A DNA stretch of 64,000 bases from a virus (taxonomy: Duplodnaviria > Caudoviricetes): positions 10,716-74,715 of the IMG/VR virus record IMGVR_UViG_3300025053_000003; one strand, given 5' to 3'. Below the pieces are notes generated by a model, which worked only from the letters and a program-made list of their open reading frames with translations, was not told the DNA's origin and ran no database searches. Shown one piece after another: positions 1-10,681 of the stretch; position 1 is the stretch's first letter; every line of letters begins with the position of its first letter. The position numbers and the translations under genes are program-made.

Positions 1-1311
1 TAGTGAATTTCTAAAGCCAGATAAATAATTACCTTTCATTGCGCTAGGGATAAAGAAATCAGTAACAAACATATTCTTGATTTTGCAATTCAGGAATTTA
101 CAGAAGACCTTTAGTTCAAAACCAGCAGGTTCAGTTCTTACTGAAGTAATATCAAATTCTTCTTCGCCATACTGTTTTGAGATAATTTTCTTATCTTCAT
201 CAGAAATATCTTTAATCTTGCAAGATTTCAGAATATTTGTTATTCTATCTACTTCTTCTTGAGTAACCTTTTCTACAGTCGCTACTGATTCAATACTCTC
301 TTCTTTTTGAACTTCTAAGATAATATCATTGATTTCTTTTTTAATGCTTTTAACTTCGTCTGTCGCTTTTTCTTCGACGACATCAATAGTTTCTGGTTCA
401 GCTACTTCTCCGATTTTCTCTATTTCATTAATAATTTCAAGGTCTAAACCTTTTTCTTCGGCGTCTTCAAGGACTTCCACATTTACTATTTTTTCAATTG
501 GTTCAGCATCTTCGACAGTCTCAGTCTCTACTACTGGTTTAGCATCGACAACTTCTTCAATCGTTTCTGATTTTTCTTCTACTGCACCTTCGTTTTCTAC
601 GGTTTCCTGAACCTCTTGTACCTCTTCGATTACTTCTTCTGGTTCATCAAGTGATTTTTCACTGAGGTTAATAAATCCGATTACTTTTGCTTTATCTTCC
701 ATTGGGAAATCCGGTAGAGAATCCGGCTGGGTGGAGAGGAGTTCGATATATTCTGGGGAGGATTTAGCGTCTTCTGCGAAATCCATTACACACTTAGTCT
801 TAATCATGCCAGAAGCAGATCGTTCCACCAGCGCATTCATGTGATCAGGGACAACTGCTGCGCTTACCTCAAACAATTCCACTTTCTTGTAAACCCGATT
901 AGGCAATTTTCCATTCCTATTATATTTAATAATATCTGCTTCTTTAAAATCTTCCCTTTCGAGATAGTCAAACGCACGGAAGCCCACAGAGAACGCATTG
1001 AGCACCCCATCCCGGTACAGCTCATAGAATTCTTGTCCTTCCAAAGTTGAAGCGAACTTAACCTTGAATTTTAAGCCTTGTCCCGGAATTACCCGTGCCC
1101 AAAGTGCTTTACCGATAGGAGGCCTGTCATATTGATGGAACGCGGGGATAACCGGATTTTTCAAAAAGTTCTCTAAATCCCAAGCTTCGTCTTCGATAAG
1201 GTCGCCTGACCTGTCAATGGAGTCTGACTTATTTGCCCATGCAACTACTGATTTCTCTTCGTCATTCACTTCCTTTTTAAAGCAAGTGGCGAACATTTTA
1301 TTTTCAATCAT
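1..1311 (-). CDS. HK97-family prohead protease with long acidic linker and extra C-terminal region (runs off window start)
   Basis: Not in the ORF track. Manual translation from ATG at 1311 (GAGG RBS upstream) gives MIENKMFATCFKKEV...DRSGDLIEDEAWDLENFLKNPVIPAFHQYDRPPIGK...LNAFSVGF...LFEVSAAVVP, the U35 protease pattern. No stop seen in the parts translated; downstream of portal. Confidence 0.85.
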   Translation of the reverse strand, partial: MIENKMFATCFKKEVNDEEKSVVAWANKSDSIDRSGDLIEDEAWDLENFLKNPVIPAFHQYDRPPIGKALWARVIPGQGLKFKVKFASTLEGQEFYELYRDGVLNAFSVGFRAFDYLEREDFKEADIIKYNRNGKLPNRVYKKVELFEVSAAVVPDHMNALVERSASGMIKTKCVMDFAEDAKSSPEYIELLSTQPDSLPDFPMEDKAKVIGFINLSEKSLDEPEEVIEEVQEVQETVENEGAVEEKSETIEEVVDAKPVVETETVEDAEPIEKIVNVEVLEDAEEKGLDLEIINEIEKIGEVAEPETIDVVEEKATDEVKSIKKEINDIILEVQKEESIESVATVEKVTQEEVDRITNILKSCKIKDISDEDKKIISKQYGEEEFDITSVRTEPAGFELKVFCKFLNCKIKNMFVTDFFIPSAMKGNYLSGFRNSL

Positions 1312-1315
1312 TATT

Positions 1316-1582
1316 TTATTCCTCCTTGTTCTCGTCTTTATCTTCTTTCTCTACTTTTCTTATTTCAACTTCTCCGTACAATTCTTCGGTTTCCAGTTCG
1401 TCATCTTTTATAATAAGTTTTCCATCTTTATCTTCTTTAAATTTAAGAATATATCCCAATTCTTCATCAGCAGTCCTACAATAATTTACTTTAATTCCAT
1501 TCAAAAATGCCGTATATTTGTAAGCCTTTGGTGTATAACCAATATCATCTTGATTTACTGATGCTCTCATTTTAAGCCTCAA
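1316..1582 (-). CDS. hypothetical protein
   Basis: 88-aa ORF, co-oriented and tightly packed in the head operon. Confidence 0.6.
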   Translation of the reverse strand: MRLKMRASVNQDDIGYTPKAYKYTAFLNGIKVNYCRTADEELGYILKFKEDKDGKLIIKDDELETEELYGEVEIRKVEKEDKDENKEE

Positions 1583-1749
1583 ATTGTCCTAATTTATAAT
1601 CCTTCTTCTCGTCCGTGTGCAGGCAAATACCTTTTATAATAATTGGTTTATATTCATAACTTTTATTAAAATCATATTTAATGTTATTCGAACAATTTTC
1701 ACATGCCTTTGGATTTGTATAAGGTAGAGTGCAATTACATGTTCTCATT

Positions 1750-2976
1750 TTATTCCTCCCAACTGACCCACTCTTTATTAGTTAATTCTTTATCTTCAAT
1801 TCTAATAGGCAGATTAAATGTAATACCATGAACAGGGTGTGTAATAAAGAAATTTTGGGTAGGTGGTTCAAATGGATAATTCCCCTTCGCTGCATATTCA
1901 CTAAATCCAACCAATGAACCGTTGCATATACACCGTTGAGCAAATGTCATAGATTGATGGAAGTGCCCAATCAATAATACATCGTAATCTGCATTCATTG
2001 ACCTAGCAGAAGAGCGTTTCTTCATGTCACCGCGCAAAATCGGTCCAAGCGCGCCGAGGATTCCGTTTCCACCGGAAAATTGCGAACCATGTGTGATTCT
2101 ATAAGTGTAATCGTACACCTTATATTGAGCATCTTCACCATCTGCAATTAAAAATTTAATTCTTTTGTCATTTTCAAAGAACTTAGCAAGGAGTTGATAT
2201 TGAAGCCAGTCCATTGAATCGTATGCGTACCCCTTCGCTCTCGGTTTAAGAGTCAATCGCCCATGATTCCCGGCTACACAGGGAACAAATACCTTCCCAA
2301 ATGAATCAGCTAATTTTTTAATTGCTTCAATCATTGCATCTAAAAGTTCAAGGCTCACTTGTAATACTTCTTTTTCACCTGTTATCTTCAATTCGTCATG
2401 AATGAGTCCAGTGCTGAGGTCACCAAGTAGAGGGACAATGATCCCTGGATACTTAGCATTAGCTATATGATTAAATGATAAATCAATAGCTTTATCAACC
2501 ACTACTTGCAATCTATGTTTAGCAATTTCAATATTGTATTTATTTACTCCGAATATCTGGTCAGGATCAACCACCTCTCCAAAATGCAGGTCGCTAATAC
2601 ATAAAGTAGGTACTCCAATCGTCCCATCATTAAAATTTGACTCTTTACTTAGCCATTCTGGGATGATATGATTGGAATCTTTTAAATTGAGAATAAATCT
2701 CTTTATATATTCAGCGGAAACGCTATTTTTATTTGCTTCCACTAATTCTTTTCTTAAGTCCTGGATTTGTGATTTAAGGATAAGTGTTTCGTTACCATTT
2801 TCTGATTGTACTTTAAAAATTTCTTTGTATCTTGTGTTGTTTTTAGCCCGCCTCAAGTGGTTGCGTACTGTTGTTCTGGGAAGGTTAAGCTCCCTGGCTG
2901 TTGCTCTGGCGTTTTTATCCAGTTTCAGGAATGTTTCAACAATCAATTCTTGGATCTCTTGTGATTCTGTAGTCAA
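1750..2976 (-). CDS. calcineurin-like metallophosphoesterase with N-terminal HTH/coiled coil
   Basis: Motifs ISDLHFGE, LLGDL, AGNHG, THG, GHFH; N-terminal ARATARELNLPRTTVRNHL HTH. Confidence 0.8.
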   Translation of the reverse strand: MTTESQEIQELIVETFLKLDKNARATARELNLPRTTVRNHLRRAKNNTRYKEIFKVQSENGNETLILKSQIQDLRKELVEANKNSVSAEYIKRFILNLKDSNHIIPEWLSKESNFNDGTIGVPTLCISDLHFGEVVDPDQIFGVNKYNIEIAKHRLQVVVDKAIDLSFNHIANAKYPGIIVPLLGDLSTGLIHDELKITGEKEVLQVSLELLDAMIEAIKKLADSFGKVFVPCVAGNHGRLTLKPRAKGYAYDSMDWLQYQLLAKFFENDKRIKFLIADGEDAQYKVYDYTYRITHGSQFSGGNGILGALGPILRGDMKKRSSARSMNADYDVLLIGHFHQSMTFAQRCICNGSLVGFSEYAAKGNYPFEPPTQNFFITHPVHGITFNLPIRIEDKELTNKEWVSWEE

Positions 2977-2992
2977 AATTTTTCTCCCTTAA

Positions 2993-3940
2993 TTATGACT
3001 TATTAAAGCAATCTTTATGGGTATGATGTGAGCGACAGACTAAAATCTGGTGGCTCATATTATCCGCTTCATTTAAATATAAAGAAACCATTAAATTATG
3101 ATGAATAAATAAGTCTTTCTGATCAAATTCTACACCGCAAACTTCACAAAAATTATACCCAAACTCATCTAATTGCAATTGGAGCAACATTTCTCTATTC
3201 AAATCCTGATTACACCTAGCTTGTATTATAAGATCTCTCTGCGATTTTGGCAGAAATTTTGCTTTAAAAACATCACACTCCTGCTTACATTTTTGTGAAT
3301 CATATAAGTGACATTCTTTCCCATCACTAGTATTAAGTGATGTTATCCTGTTACTTACTTCCCTTACTGTAGGATAAAAATATTTACCACATTTAAAACA
3401 TTTACATAACATGAAGCCATGCTCATTTTCAATTGGAGACTCCTCAACTGTTAACCTGTCAGCAAACGTTTTAAATAACGCCTTGCCATTAGCATATTTT
3501 TTCTTTTTTAAAACCAATTCGTCTTTATTTTCAATTCTATATTTCTTATTATATTCCGATTTTTTATCTTTATTGACCTCGTATAACTTACGCGCCGCCA
3601 ATAATTTCTTCTCTCTGTTTCTATAATACGAAAGTCTTTCCTTTTCCCTTATTCTGTCTCTATTTAATTCTCTCTTTTCCTTACTTTTCTTAGAAATATA
3701 TTCCTTATTCTTTTTAGTGTAATTCCTTTGTCTTTCTTTTATATATTCTGAATTTTCTAAATATACTTCTTTGCTTTTCTTCAAAAATATTTCTCTATTA
3801 TTTTCATAATATTTTCTTTTATTTTTAGAACAACATTCTTTGCAGTCAGTCCTCCTCCCATCACTAGAACCTTCTCTTCTGTAAAACTCTCTTAACTCCT
3901 TTTCTTCTCCACATTTTGTACAAACTTTCGTTTCTTCCAT
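2993..3940 (-). CDS. HNH-type homing endonuclease with Cys-rich N-terminus
   Basis: CTKCGEEK...CKEC N-terminus; C-terminal CEVCG...HHN...LVCRSHH. Confidence 0.7.
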   Translation of the reverse strand: MEETKVCTKCGEEKELREFYRREGSSDGRRTDCKECCSKNKRKYYENNREIFLKKSKEVYLENSEYIKERQRNYTKKNKEYISKKSKEKRELNRDRIREKERLSYYRNREKKLLAARKLYEVNKDKKSEYNKKYRIENKDELVLKKKKYANGKALFKTFADRLTVEESPIENEHGFMLCKCFKCGKYFYPTVREVSNRITSLNTSDGKECHLYDSQKCKQECDVFKAKFLPKSQRDLIIQARCNQDLNREMLLQLQLDEFGYNFCEVCGVEFDQKDLFIHHNLMVSLYLNEADNMSHQILVCRSHHTHKDCFNKS

Positions 3941-4039
3941 TTTAATACCTCCGATAGGTATCCCGAGTTAAATTATTAGCACAGAAATGAGACTCGGATT
4001 TTCTCACTTGTCGGGGATCAGCCTATCTGTGCTAAACTA

Positions 4040-5425
4040 TTATCTATTTAAAATTTCCTTCATCTTCTCAGGTGACGATACAACATTCCCTTCGCCTGTG
4101 CCTTCGGCAATACTAGCTAAAAGGCCAGATGGGGTTGTAAAGTTAACTGGGATAAAAGGCTGTTTAAACACGCCACCAAGTTCAGGTAATCCAAGTTTAT
4201 CTCTTTCTTCGTCTACTGAAGTGATTGAGGTTTGGATGTGTTTTACGCTTTGATTCAACTCGAACAATTTATCAGATGGTATACAATTATCATAAGCGAC
4301 GAAAAGCTTTTCGTCATAACGCCAAATCATCTTCTCATTTAGTTTTTCTTCAATCCTTCTAAGCCTTGGCTGAATAGTAAACTGCATAAATGTCGCAATG
4401 GCAGCATCAGCATTGTTCCTATTGGCCTCTGAGCTGTACATACCCAATGCTTGCCCAAACGCATTAAGCACAGCCTCTTTGATCCTGTCGCGCCCTCCTA
4501 GGTATGACATATCCTTTGGAGAATTGTTCGTGAAAGGTTTGTACTTCAACCCATGATCAAGGAGGGGCATAGAACCACCTTTTGACGCACCGCCTAACAT
4601 TTGTTTGATCTCAATTTTCAGACGTTCAAACTCATGGTCTCCTAACTCGGAATCAGTTTCAAAAACACCATTTAGATTATTTCCCCCATTCCTGAAAATC
4701 GCGGCCTCATATTCATTAATGGATTTAGCTAATCCATATTCTTCCGCGATACTAGTGACGGGGCTACTTCCATAATATTGATTCTTTGGGTTGGGCATTT
4801 TAAAATGGATAATTGAGCGTTCTGATAAATCAATCTCTTCTGTACTTTTTATATACTTGTACCCAGATATAAACTTCTTAGCATCTGGCATTATTTTACA
4901 ATTTTGAGGGGGGATCAACCAAATCTCCCTTGGGACCCCAAATTTATCCTCTAATATATGCCAGAAAGCGTTTCCTGTCAACTCCTGATACAGCTGAGTC
5001 ATTTCGAACAAATCAAAGGAATTTACAAATGGGTTTACATTTGTTTTCAGATCTAAAAACGGATGGTCAAGCACCTCTTCGAAGGATGATGCCTTTCTAA
5101 TAGCAGGAATATTGTTCAGGAATGGATTTTCTCTTATGAATCTTTCCTGTTTTATGTCAACTGCTTTCGTTTGTACTCGTTTTACCCTTTGGCTTTTGTT
5201 GTTCTTCGCAACATAAAGTCTCAATGGTGTATTCGCTACAGTCGAAGCATTCTTATTCGATGCTACATAAATCCACGACCTGTAGCTGTTTATCATTGCA
5301 TAAAAATCTTCATCACTATGCAACTCTCTCCCATATTGATAGGGATACAGGTAAGGAAGCAAAGCCCCCTTCCTCTTTCCCCCGGCAGCCTTTAACTGTA
5401 CTTCATATGAAAATGGATTAGCCAT
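4040..5425 (-). CDS. phage portal protein (HK97 family)
   Basis: LTGNAFW, IIHFK...YYGSSP, DHGLKYKP, TIQPRLRRIEEKLN; lies between terL and protease. Confidence 0.9.
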   Translation of the reverse strand: MANPFSYEVQLKAAGGKRKGALLPYLYPYQYGRELHSDEDFYAMINSYRSWIYVASNKNASTVANTPLRLYVAKNNKSQRVKRVQTKAVDIKQERFIRENPFLNNIPAIRKASSFEEVLDHPFLDLKTNVNPFVNSFDLFEMTQLYQELTGNAFWHILEDKFGVPREIWLIPPQNCKIMPDAKKFISGYKYIKSTEEIDLSERSIIHFKMPNPKNQYYGSSPVTSIAEEYGLAKSINEYEAAIFRNGGNNLNGVFETDSELGDHEFERLKIEIKQMLGGASKGGSMPLLDHGLKYKPFTNNSPKDMSYLGGRDRIKEAVLNAFGQALGMYSSEANRNNADAAIATFMQFTIQPRLRRIEEKLNEKMIWRYDEKLFVAYDNCIPSDKLFELNQSVKHIQTSITSVDEERDKLGLPELGGVFKQPFIPVNFTTPSGLLASIAEGTGEGNVVSSPEKMKEILNR

Positions 5426-5428
5426 ATG

Positions 5429-6208
5429 TTATCCTTCGATTGTATTTGGTATAATTTGAGTATTGTTGATTCTATCTTTAGCTATATTAAAATAGGTTAA
5501 ATCTTTTTCTATTCCTATAAATTTTCTACTTAAGTTTTTACATGCTACGCCTGTTGTGCCACTGCCCATTGTAAAATCTAATACGGTTTCTGATTCATTT
5601 GTATAAGTTTTAATTAAGTATTCCATTAATGCTACTGGTTTTTGGGTGGGGTGAATAGTCTTACCTTCGCTTTTTATTTCTATTACACAAGTGGGATAAT
5701 TTTCATTTTTACATGTATATCCAGAAGTATGGTTAGTTTGTGATTCTCTATGATATTTAAGATCGCTTGTGTTCTTGTTTTGTTTAACAATCGTAGTTCC
5801 TGGCCTTATTCCTTGAGGATTATAATTCATTCTCTTTTCCCCGGCTTGCAATAAGTGTCCAATAATTCCCTTAGAAAATACACAAATATTCTCGGTTATT
5901 TTTAATGGCATATTAGGAGCATGTGGAAAATTACTCCCTTTGCTTTTCTTCCACACCCAATCATATTTGTACATTTTTATATTACTCATCCGTAATGCAC
6001 TACTAAACGGTTCACTGCCGAACAATACAATAGCACCATTAGGTTTAATAACCCTCTTTAGCTGCTCCCACATAGCCTCAAACGGGATAACTGAATCCCA
6101 TTTACAAGCAGTAGTCCCGTAAGGAGGATCGGTGATAATAGCATCTACACTCCCATCAGGAATGCCTTTCATTACTTCTAAACAATCACCTTGATATAGA
6201 TTTATCAT
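5429..6208 (-). CDS. N4-cytosine/N6-adenine DNA methyltransferase (beta class)
   Basis: DAIITDPPYG, HPTQKPVALMEYLI, VLDFTMGSGTTG. Confidence 0.92.
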   Translation of the reverse strand: MINLYQGDCLEVMKGIPDGSVDAIITDPPYGTTACKWDSVIPFEAMWEQLKRVIKPNGAIVLFGSEPFSSALRMSNIKMYKYDWVWKKSKGSNFPHAPNMPLKITENICVFSKGIIGHLLQAGEKRMNYNPQGIRPGTTIVKQNKNTSDLKYHRESQTNHTSGYTCKNENYPTCVIEIKSEGKTIHPTQKPVALMEYLIKTYTNESETVLDFTMGSGTTGVACKNLSRKFIGIEKDLTYFNIAKDRINNTQIIPNTIEG

Positions 6209-6640
6209 TTACTGTTCCATGATTTTCTTAAATTGATTAAATCTATTACGGACAAAATCTTCGTGCATTATTTTCTCATTCCAAATTTTACTTTCAATAT
6301 CATAATATTCGCAAACAACCGATATTTTATCTTCGTTGTAATTTAAAGAGCATTCGCCGTATTCGTTCTGGCAGAAGTCTTTGATATAAAAATTTATTCC
6401 TTCATATACAAACATTAACCCTTTAGGGAATTCCATTTCAAGTCGTTTAGCGAAGAAATAAAAGTTATCTTCTTTGTTGTTCAGGAGGATAGTTAAATTA
6501 AAAGTTAAGTAGTTAAATACTTTAATTAACCTTTGTGTTATAAGTTGGAGTGGTTTTAATAACTTGTTTGTTATATTTGTTAAGTTTTTGGTTTTCAATC
6601 GATCATCCTTATGTGTGGAACGGCTGGGGAGTAGAAACAC
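6209..6640 (-). CDS. hypothetical protein (true start probably TTG at 6598, overlapping the real terL stop)
   Basis: ORF track; AGGA RBS before TTG at 6598. Confidence 0.5.
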   Translation of the reverse strand: MFLLPSRSTHKDDRLKTKNLTNITNKLLKPLQLITQRLIKVFNYLTFNLTILLNNKEDNFYFFAKRLEMEFPKGLMFVYEGINFYIKDFCQNEYGECSLNYNEDKISVVCEYYDIESKIWNEKIMHEDFVRNRFNQFKKIMEQ

Positions 6641-8343
6641 ATTCTTAAAGCGGCAAATTTATCATCACTTTTGCCGCTTAATTTCTTCTTAATCGTTTTT
6701 TTATCACTTACTTTGATTTTGCCAGAATTAGGATCTTCTTTATAGTCATAACATAACATCTGACAAAATCATTCTGCATCTTCAGGTAACATAGCTGCTG
6801 GTTCTTTTTTTAACCATTCAGCCACCGCCCATGCAAGTTCATCCCTTGTCAGGGCCAGCTTTCCAAATTCACACTTTTTATTACTTGGAGAACTGACATA
6901 TACCTTTCTAATGTTGAAATGAAGTCTCTTCATTTCTTTGTGACACATAGGACATTGAAATATTGTAGTATCAAGATAGGTTTTATTAACTCCTTCGCAA
7001 CTAATATTTTCACACTGCCAATAAAACATTGAGCTTACTTTCGGCGGAATAGCTGCACCGATACCATCTGCCTCAACCTGCGCCTGTAATGCATTAAGAT
7101 CACAATAAGTTTGAGCTAATCTATCCGCAGATCTATCAAGATTTATCCCAGACCACGGAATAAAACTAGAAACAAAATTTCCATATTTTATTGCAATACA
7201 CGAGTCATCTGCGCCTTCATCTGCGACATCCATCCCGAGTATGGGTCTAATTCCATTTGTTGCCTGATCGCCATATTGCGCTTTATACAATTTCCATCTT
7301 GTAAACGCATTATCAATGTCAACTTCATTAAATAGTGCATTTTGACTAGCGGCAGGGTATCGACCTAGTGTAATCGTTGCAAATTGAGAATCTTTTATTC
7401 TTCTCCATCCTCCCTCCAATGGTGGGTAAATTTTACCTGAGCTTGAAACACCTACAGCGCCTACTAGGCAAGATGGAACTTCAAAACAATTAATCTCATC
7501 GGGTTCTTCATCTTCTCTAACTGGAACAGTCCATTCCATAATACGTTGAATCGTTTTATCCCGGCTAACTGCCCCATGTATTACTTCTTCACCAGTGACA
7601 ACATTCGGGTGATTCAGTGCATTTAAATGAACTATATGTCCTAATTTATCTTTCCAAACCTTATAAGTATAACCAGATTTTTGGCGGGGGTTATATAACA
7701 TTAAAAGACGAACGTGACTACCGCTAAGGCAGCCGTCAATCGCTTCAAAAATTTCATCGGGACACCCGTCAGCCTCATCTACTATGTACAGTTGGTATTT
7801 GGCGTGCTTGCCGCTGAAGGACGCTTTTCTGCGTTCTGGGGTTCCAGATGTAGGTATTGCCTTCCCGATTAAAAAATGTTTTAAATTTATATCATCGTCA
7901 TCATCCTTTGCATTAACATCATCAGTTATTTTTAACGTAGTCAATACATGATTTTTAAATAATGATTTTTTATACCTATAAAAAACATTTGCTATTTCAC
8001 TAAACAACCCCTGTTTTAAATTTTCTTCTGGTGGAGCCGCAGCACAAATTACCTGAGAATCAGGGAAGCATAAATAAAACCAAGCTGCCAAATGAGAAGC
8101 GATAAATGTTTTGCCAGTCCCATTCGATGACATAGCCAAGGTAATTTTATTGTCCTTTACACTATTTGCCACCCGAATTAAATCATCATATAAATTTTTA
8201 ACACCTAATTCTTTTTCTAAAAATTCAATCGGATTTTCTTGGTATTTTTTTAAGTCTCCATGGAGTAAATTAGCTACTTGGTCTTCTCCAAATGCACTTA
8301 TTAAATAATCTAATGCTTGATCGTCTAAATTTGTCATTAACAA
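6595..8343 (-). CDS. terL: terminase large subunit interrupted by an in-frame TGA at 6769-6771
   Basis: Walker A SSNGTGKT, Walker B YIVDEAD, nuclease GMDVADEG. The same frame continues past the TGA as FCQMLCYDYKEDPNSGKIKVSDKKTIKKKLSGKSDDKFAALRM..., a typical TerL C-terminus, to a stop at 6595. Confidence 0.88.
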
Positions 8344-9192
8344 CCTTTATGTTCATGGCATTCATCACATACTATTATTTGATGGCTCATATCATCAGCC
8401 ATTGTATGGTCTTTGCCAACCATTATGTTGTGATGGATGATTAATTCTTCTCGCGGAAGAGGCCTGCCGCATTTTTCACAGTAGGTATAGCCAAATTCGT
8501 CTTCTTGGTTATCCAGTAATGCTTTGCGATTAATGGGCTGGTTGCAACGTGCTCTTTTTGTTATATTCCTCAATTCTCTTGGCGTTGTTCTTGCTCTGTA
8601 TACGCCACACGATAATTTATGCTCATCACAACAATATAAATGAATTTCTTTCCCATCGTTATTATTATTTAACGAATTAAGTCTATTTGATACCTGTCCG
8701 TTATTTGGGATAAAATACTCTTTGCAATGATAACATCTACACATAATAAATCCGTTTTCATCGCAAATTGGCTCCTCATCAATTGTTAATTTATTTTTAT
8801 ATGTTTCATAAAGAGCTGAGCTATTCCTATATTTTTTAGATCTCTATAGCACATATTCCTTGTTATTTTCGTAATATTTTTTACCTCTTTCTTGGAATAA
8901 ACTTTTATTCTCTTCTCTTCTCTTCTCTTCTAATTTTTTCATCACTTAATATCTTATCTCTATTTTTCTCGTACCACTTCTTACCGCCTATTTTATGCTT
9001 TTCTTTATTATTTTCGTAATATTTTTTACCGCTATCAGACTTATGAACATTTGGAGAACTTTTTAAATAAATTTGTCTACATTCTTTACATAAAGTGTCC
9101 TTTCCAAATTTACAGCCTTTATGATTGACAAAAGCATCTAATTCCTTTTCTTCACCACAAACTCTGCACTTCTTCGTTTTAATCTCTTCCAT
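8337..9192 (-). pseudogene. HNH homing endonuclease, paralog of 2993-3940, broken by a repeat frameshift and an in-frame TAG
   Basis: 5' part 8905-9192 and 3' part 8337-8744 both resemble the 2993 ORF; (AGAAG)4 slippage near 8910-8931; TAG at 8844-8846. Confidence 0.75.
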
Positions 9193-9472
9193 CTACGCCT
9201 CCTTCAAGCGTTCCTTATTACTAAAAGTGGAAATAGAGCAAGGATTTCTCTACTTGTCGGGTGCCCCCTATCCACTACACCATACACCTACCAAATCTAC
9301 CTATAATTCACAACTAAATGAATTCCATTCTTCACCGCAACTTGACACCACAACGCCTCATCAGCAGTCTTATGACCACCCTGGCACTCACACAATCGCT
9401 CAGTTCTATCTTCAGTACAGAAGAACGATCTAAAATAATCCCCAATCTTACAAGTGGAAATAATATAATCCA

Positions 9473-10126
9473 TCATTTCTTTTGACCTATTCTCTTCGCC
9501 ATCCCAACGCGAATATTTTCTTGAATTTCAGGAGGCAACAAAGCACAGAACTGCTTAAAATCAACAGGCAACGTCCTTTCTGAATCCTTATCAAACATCC
9601 CAAGCGTCTTAGACAAAGCATCTAATGCTACAGTCTTCCCGATAAGTTTATATCCCTTTATATTTCCTCTGCGGTCATAGACAATATCCTGAATTGCCGC
9701 TGCGTGTTCTCTGTCCAGTAGATGAATCGGGATTAGCTTCCCTTCTTCGTCATAATAATTTGCAAAATTGCTATATCCAACGTGCGCGTATTCAGCTAGG
9801 ACTCTTTCTTGGGTAATTTGTAATTTTTTAGTGATTTTCTTTTGGAGGCGTTCAATTTCTTTCTGAACGAGCCGATTGGCGAGGAGTCTAGCTCCAAATA
9901 CTTGAGCATTCCAAGGAGGATACCCTACTGCTCTTGCGGCTTTTTCACCGCTATATGAACTGACATACTCAGCGCAAAATCTTTGAACTCTAACTGGAAG
10001 ATCTTCGTCTTCTTTAATTGTCGATAGTTCTTTCAAGGCTGAATTGTACTCGTCAACGCTAAAATCAGTATTTTGCACTAATTCAAGCGAATCCTGCATA
10101 AATCGTTCTTTTTCTTCTGAGTTCAT
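9473..10126 (-). CDS. terS: terminase small subunit
   Basis: FCAEYVSSYSGEKAARAVGY...LLANRLVQKEIE...ALDALSKTLGMF; upstream of terL. Confidence 0.85.
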   Translation of the reverse strand: MNSEEKERFMQDSLELVQNTDFSVDEYNSALKELSTIKEDEDLPVRVQRFCAEYVSSYSGEKAARAVGYPPWNAQVFGARLLANRLVQKEIERLQKKITKKLQITQERVLAEYAHVGYSNFANYYDEEGKLIPIHLLDREHAAAIQDIVYDRRGNIKGYKLIGKTVALDALSKTLGMFDKDSERTLPVDFKQFCALLPPEIQENIRVGMAKRIGQKK

Positions 10127-10347
10127 AGTTATTTTAACTAAATTCTTCTATAATTTCGTCTAAATATTCAATAAACTCAGTAATTTGATCGTTTTTTATC
10201 GCAATTATCGCCTCTGATTCAGGGAAAAATTCAATAAAATCGTCGTTATTACTCAATTCATCTTGTAATGAATATTTAACTTCTTTTAGTCTTTCGATTA
10301 TTTCTTGCATTTTAGTTTATTTTGGACCTCTTTAGTCTTAAATTTCC

Positions 10348-10375
10348 TTATCGGCATAATTAAGTAAAAACTTTA
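10348..10375 (-). promoter_or_regulatory. sigma-28 (FliA)-like promoter TAAAGTTT-N12-GCCGATAA
   Basis: Match to TAAAGTTT-N11-GCCGATAA consensus with one extra spacer base; faces terS. Confidence 0.65.
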
Positions 10376-10381
10376 ATTATT

Positions 10382-10570
10382 TTATTCAATATCCTCTTTA
10401 CCTTTCCAATACTTGTCGATTTGCTCCAGCGCCTTGTTGTCTTCTTGTTTATATTTCTGTATTTTACTATATCTATCCCTCAATTCTTTTGTTTTCTTTC
10501 CATCTTTTTTGTGATTACGTTTTTTACCTTTACTGAATAAATCATCTTCATCAAATTTTGTTGCGTTCAT
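10382..10570 (-). CDS. small basic hypothetical protein, first gene of the packaging operon
   Basis: ORF with GGA RBS. Confidence 0.5.
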   Translation of the reverse strand: MNATKFDEDDLFSKGKKRNHKKDGKKTKELRDRYSKIQKYKQEDNKALEQIDKYWKGKEDIE

Positions 10571-10653
10571 TCCCTTTTCCTGAAATATTTAGTTTAATTG
10601 CGTTACAGCATAATATAATCACGTTTATTAATTTGTCAAGTGATTATATTTAC

Positions 10654-10681
10654 TTATCGGCGCGGAACCGAAATAACTTTA
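10654..10681 (-). promoter_or_regulatory. sigma-28-like promoter TAAAGTTA-N12-GCCGATAA
   Basis: Consensus match at the head of the leftward operon. Confidence 0.62.

Noticed and set aside
77-1561. Plus-strand ORFs over the protease and many antisense ORFs elsewhere
   Set aside because: Shadow frames of real genes, with no RBS and biased Ser/Phe/Leu composition.
6730-6771. Selenocysteine at the terL TGA
   Set aside because: No convincing SECIS hairpin; the position looks like a hydrophobic residue, not Cys.
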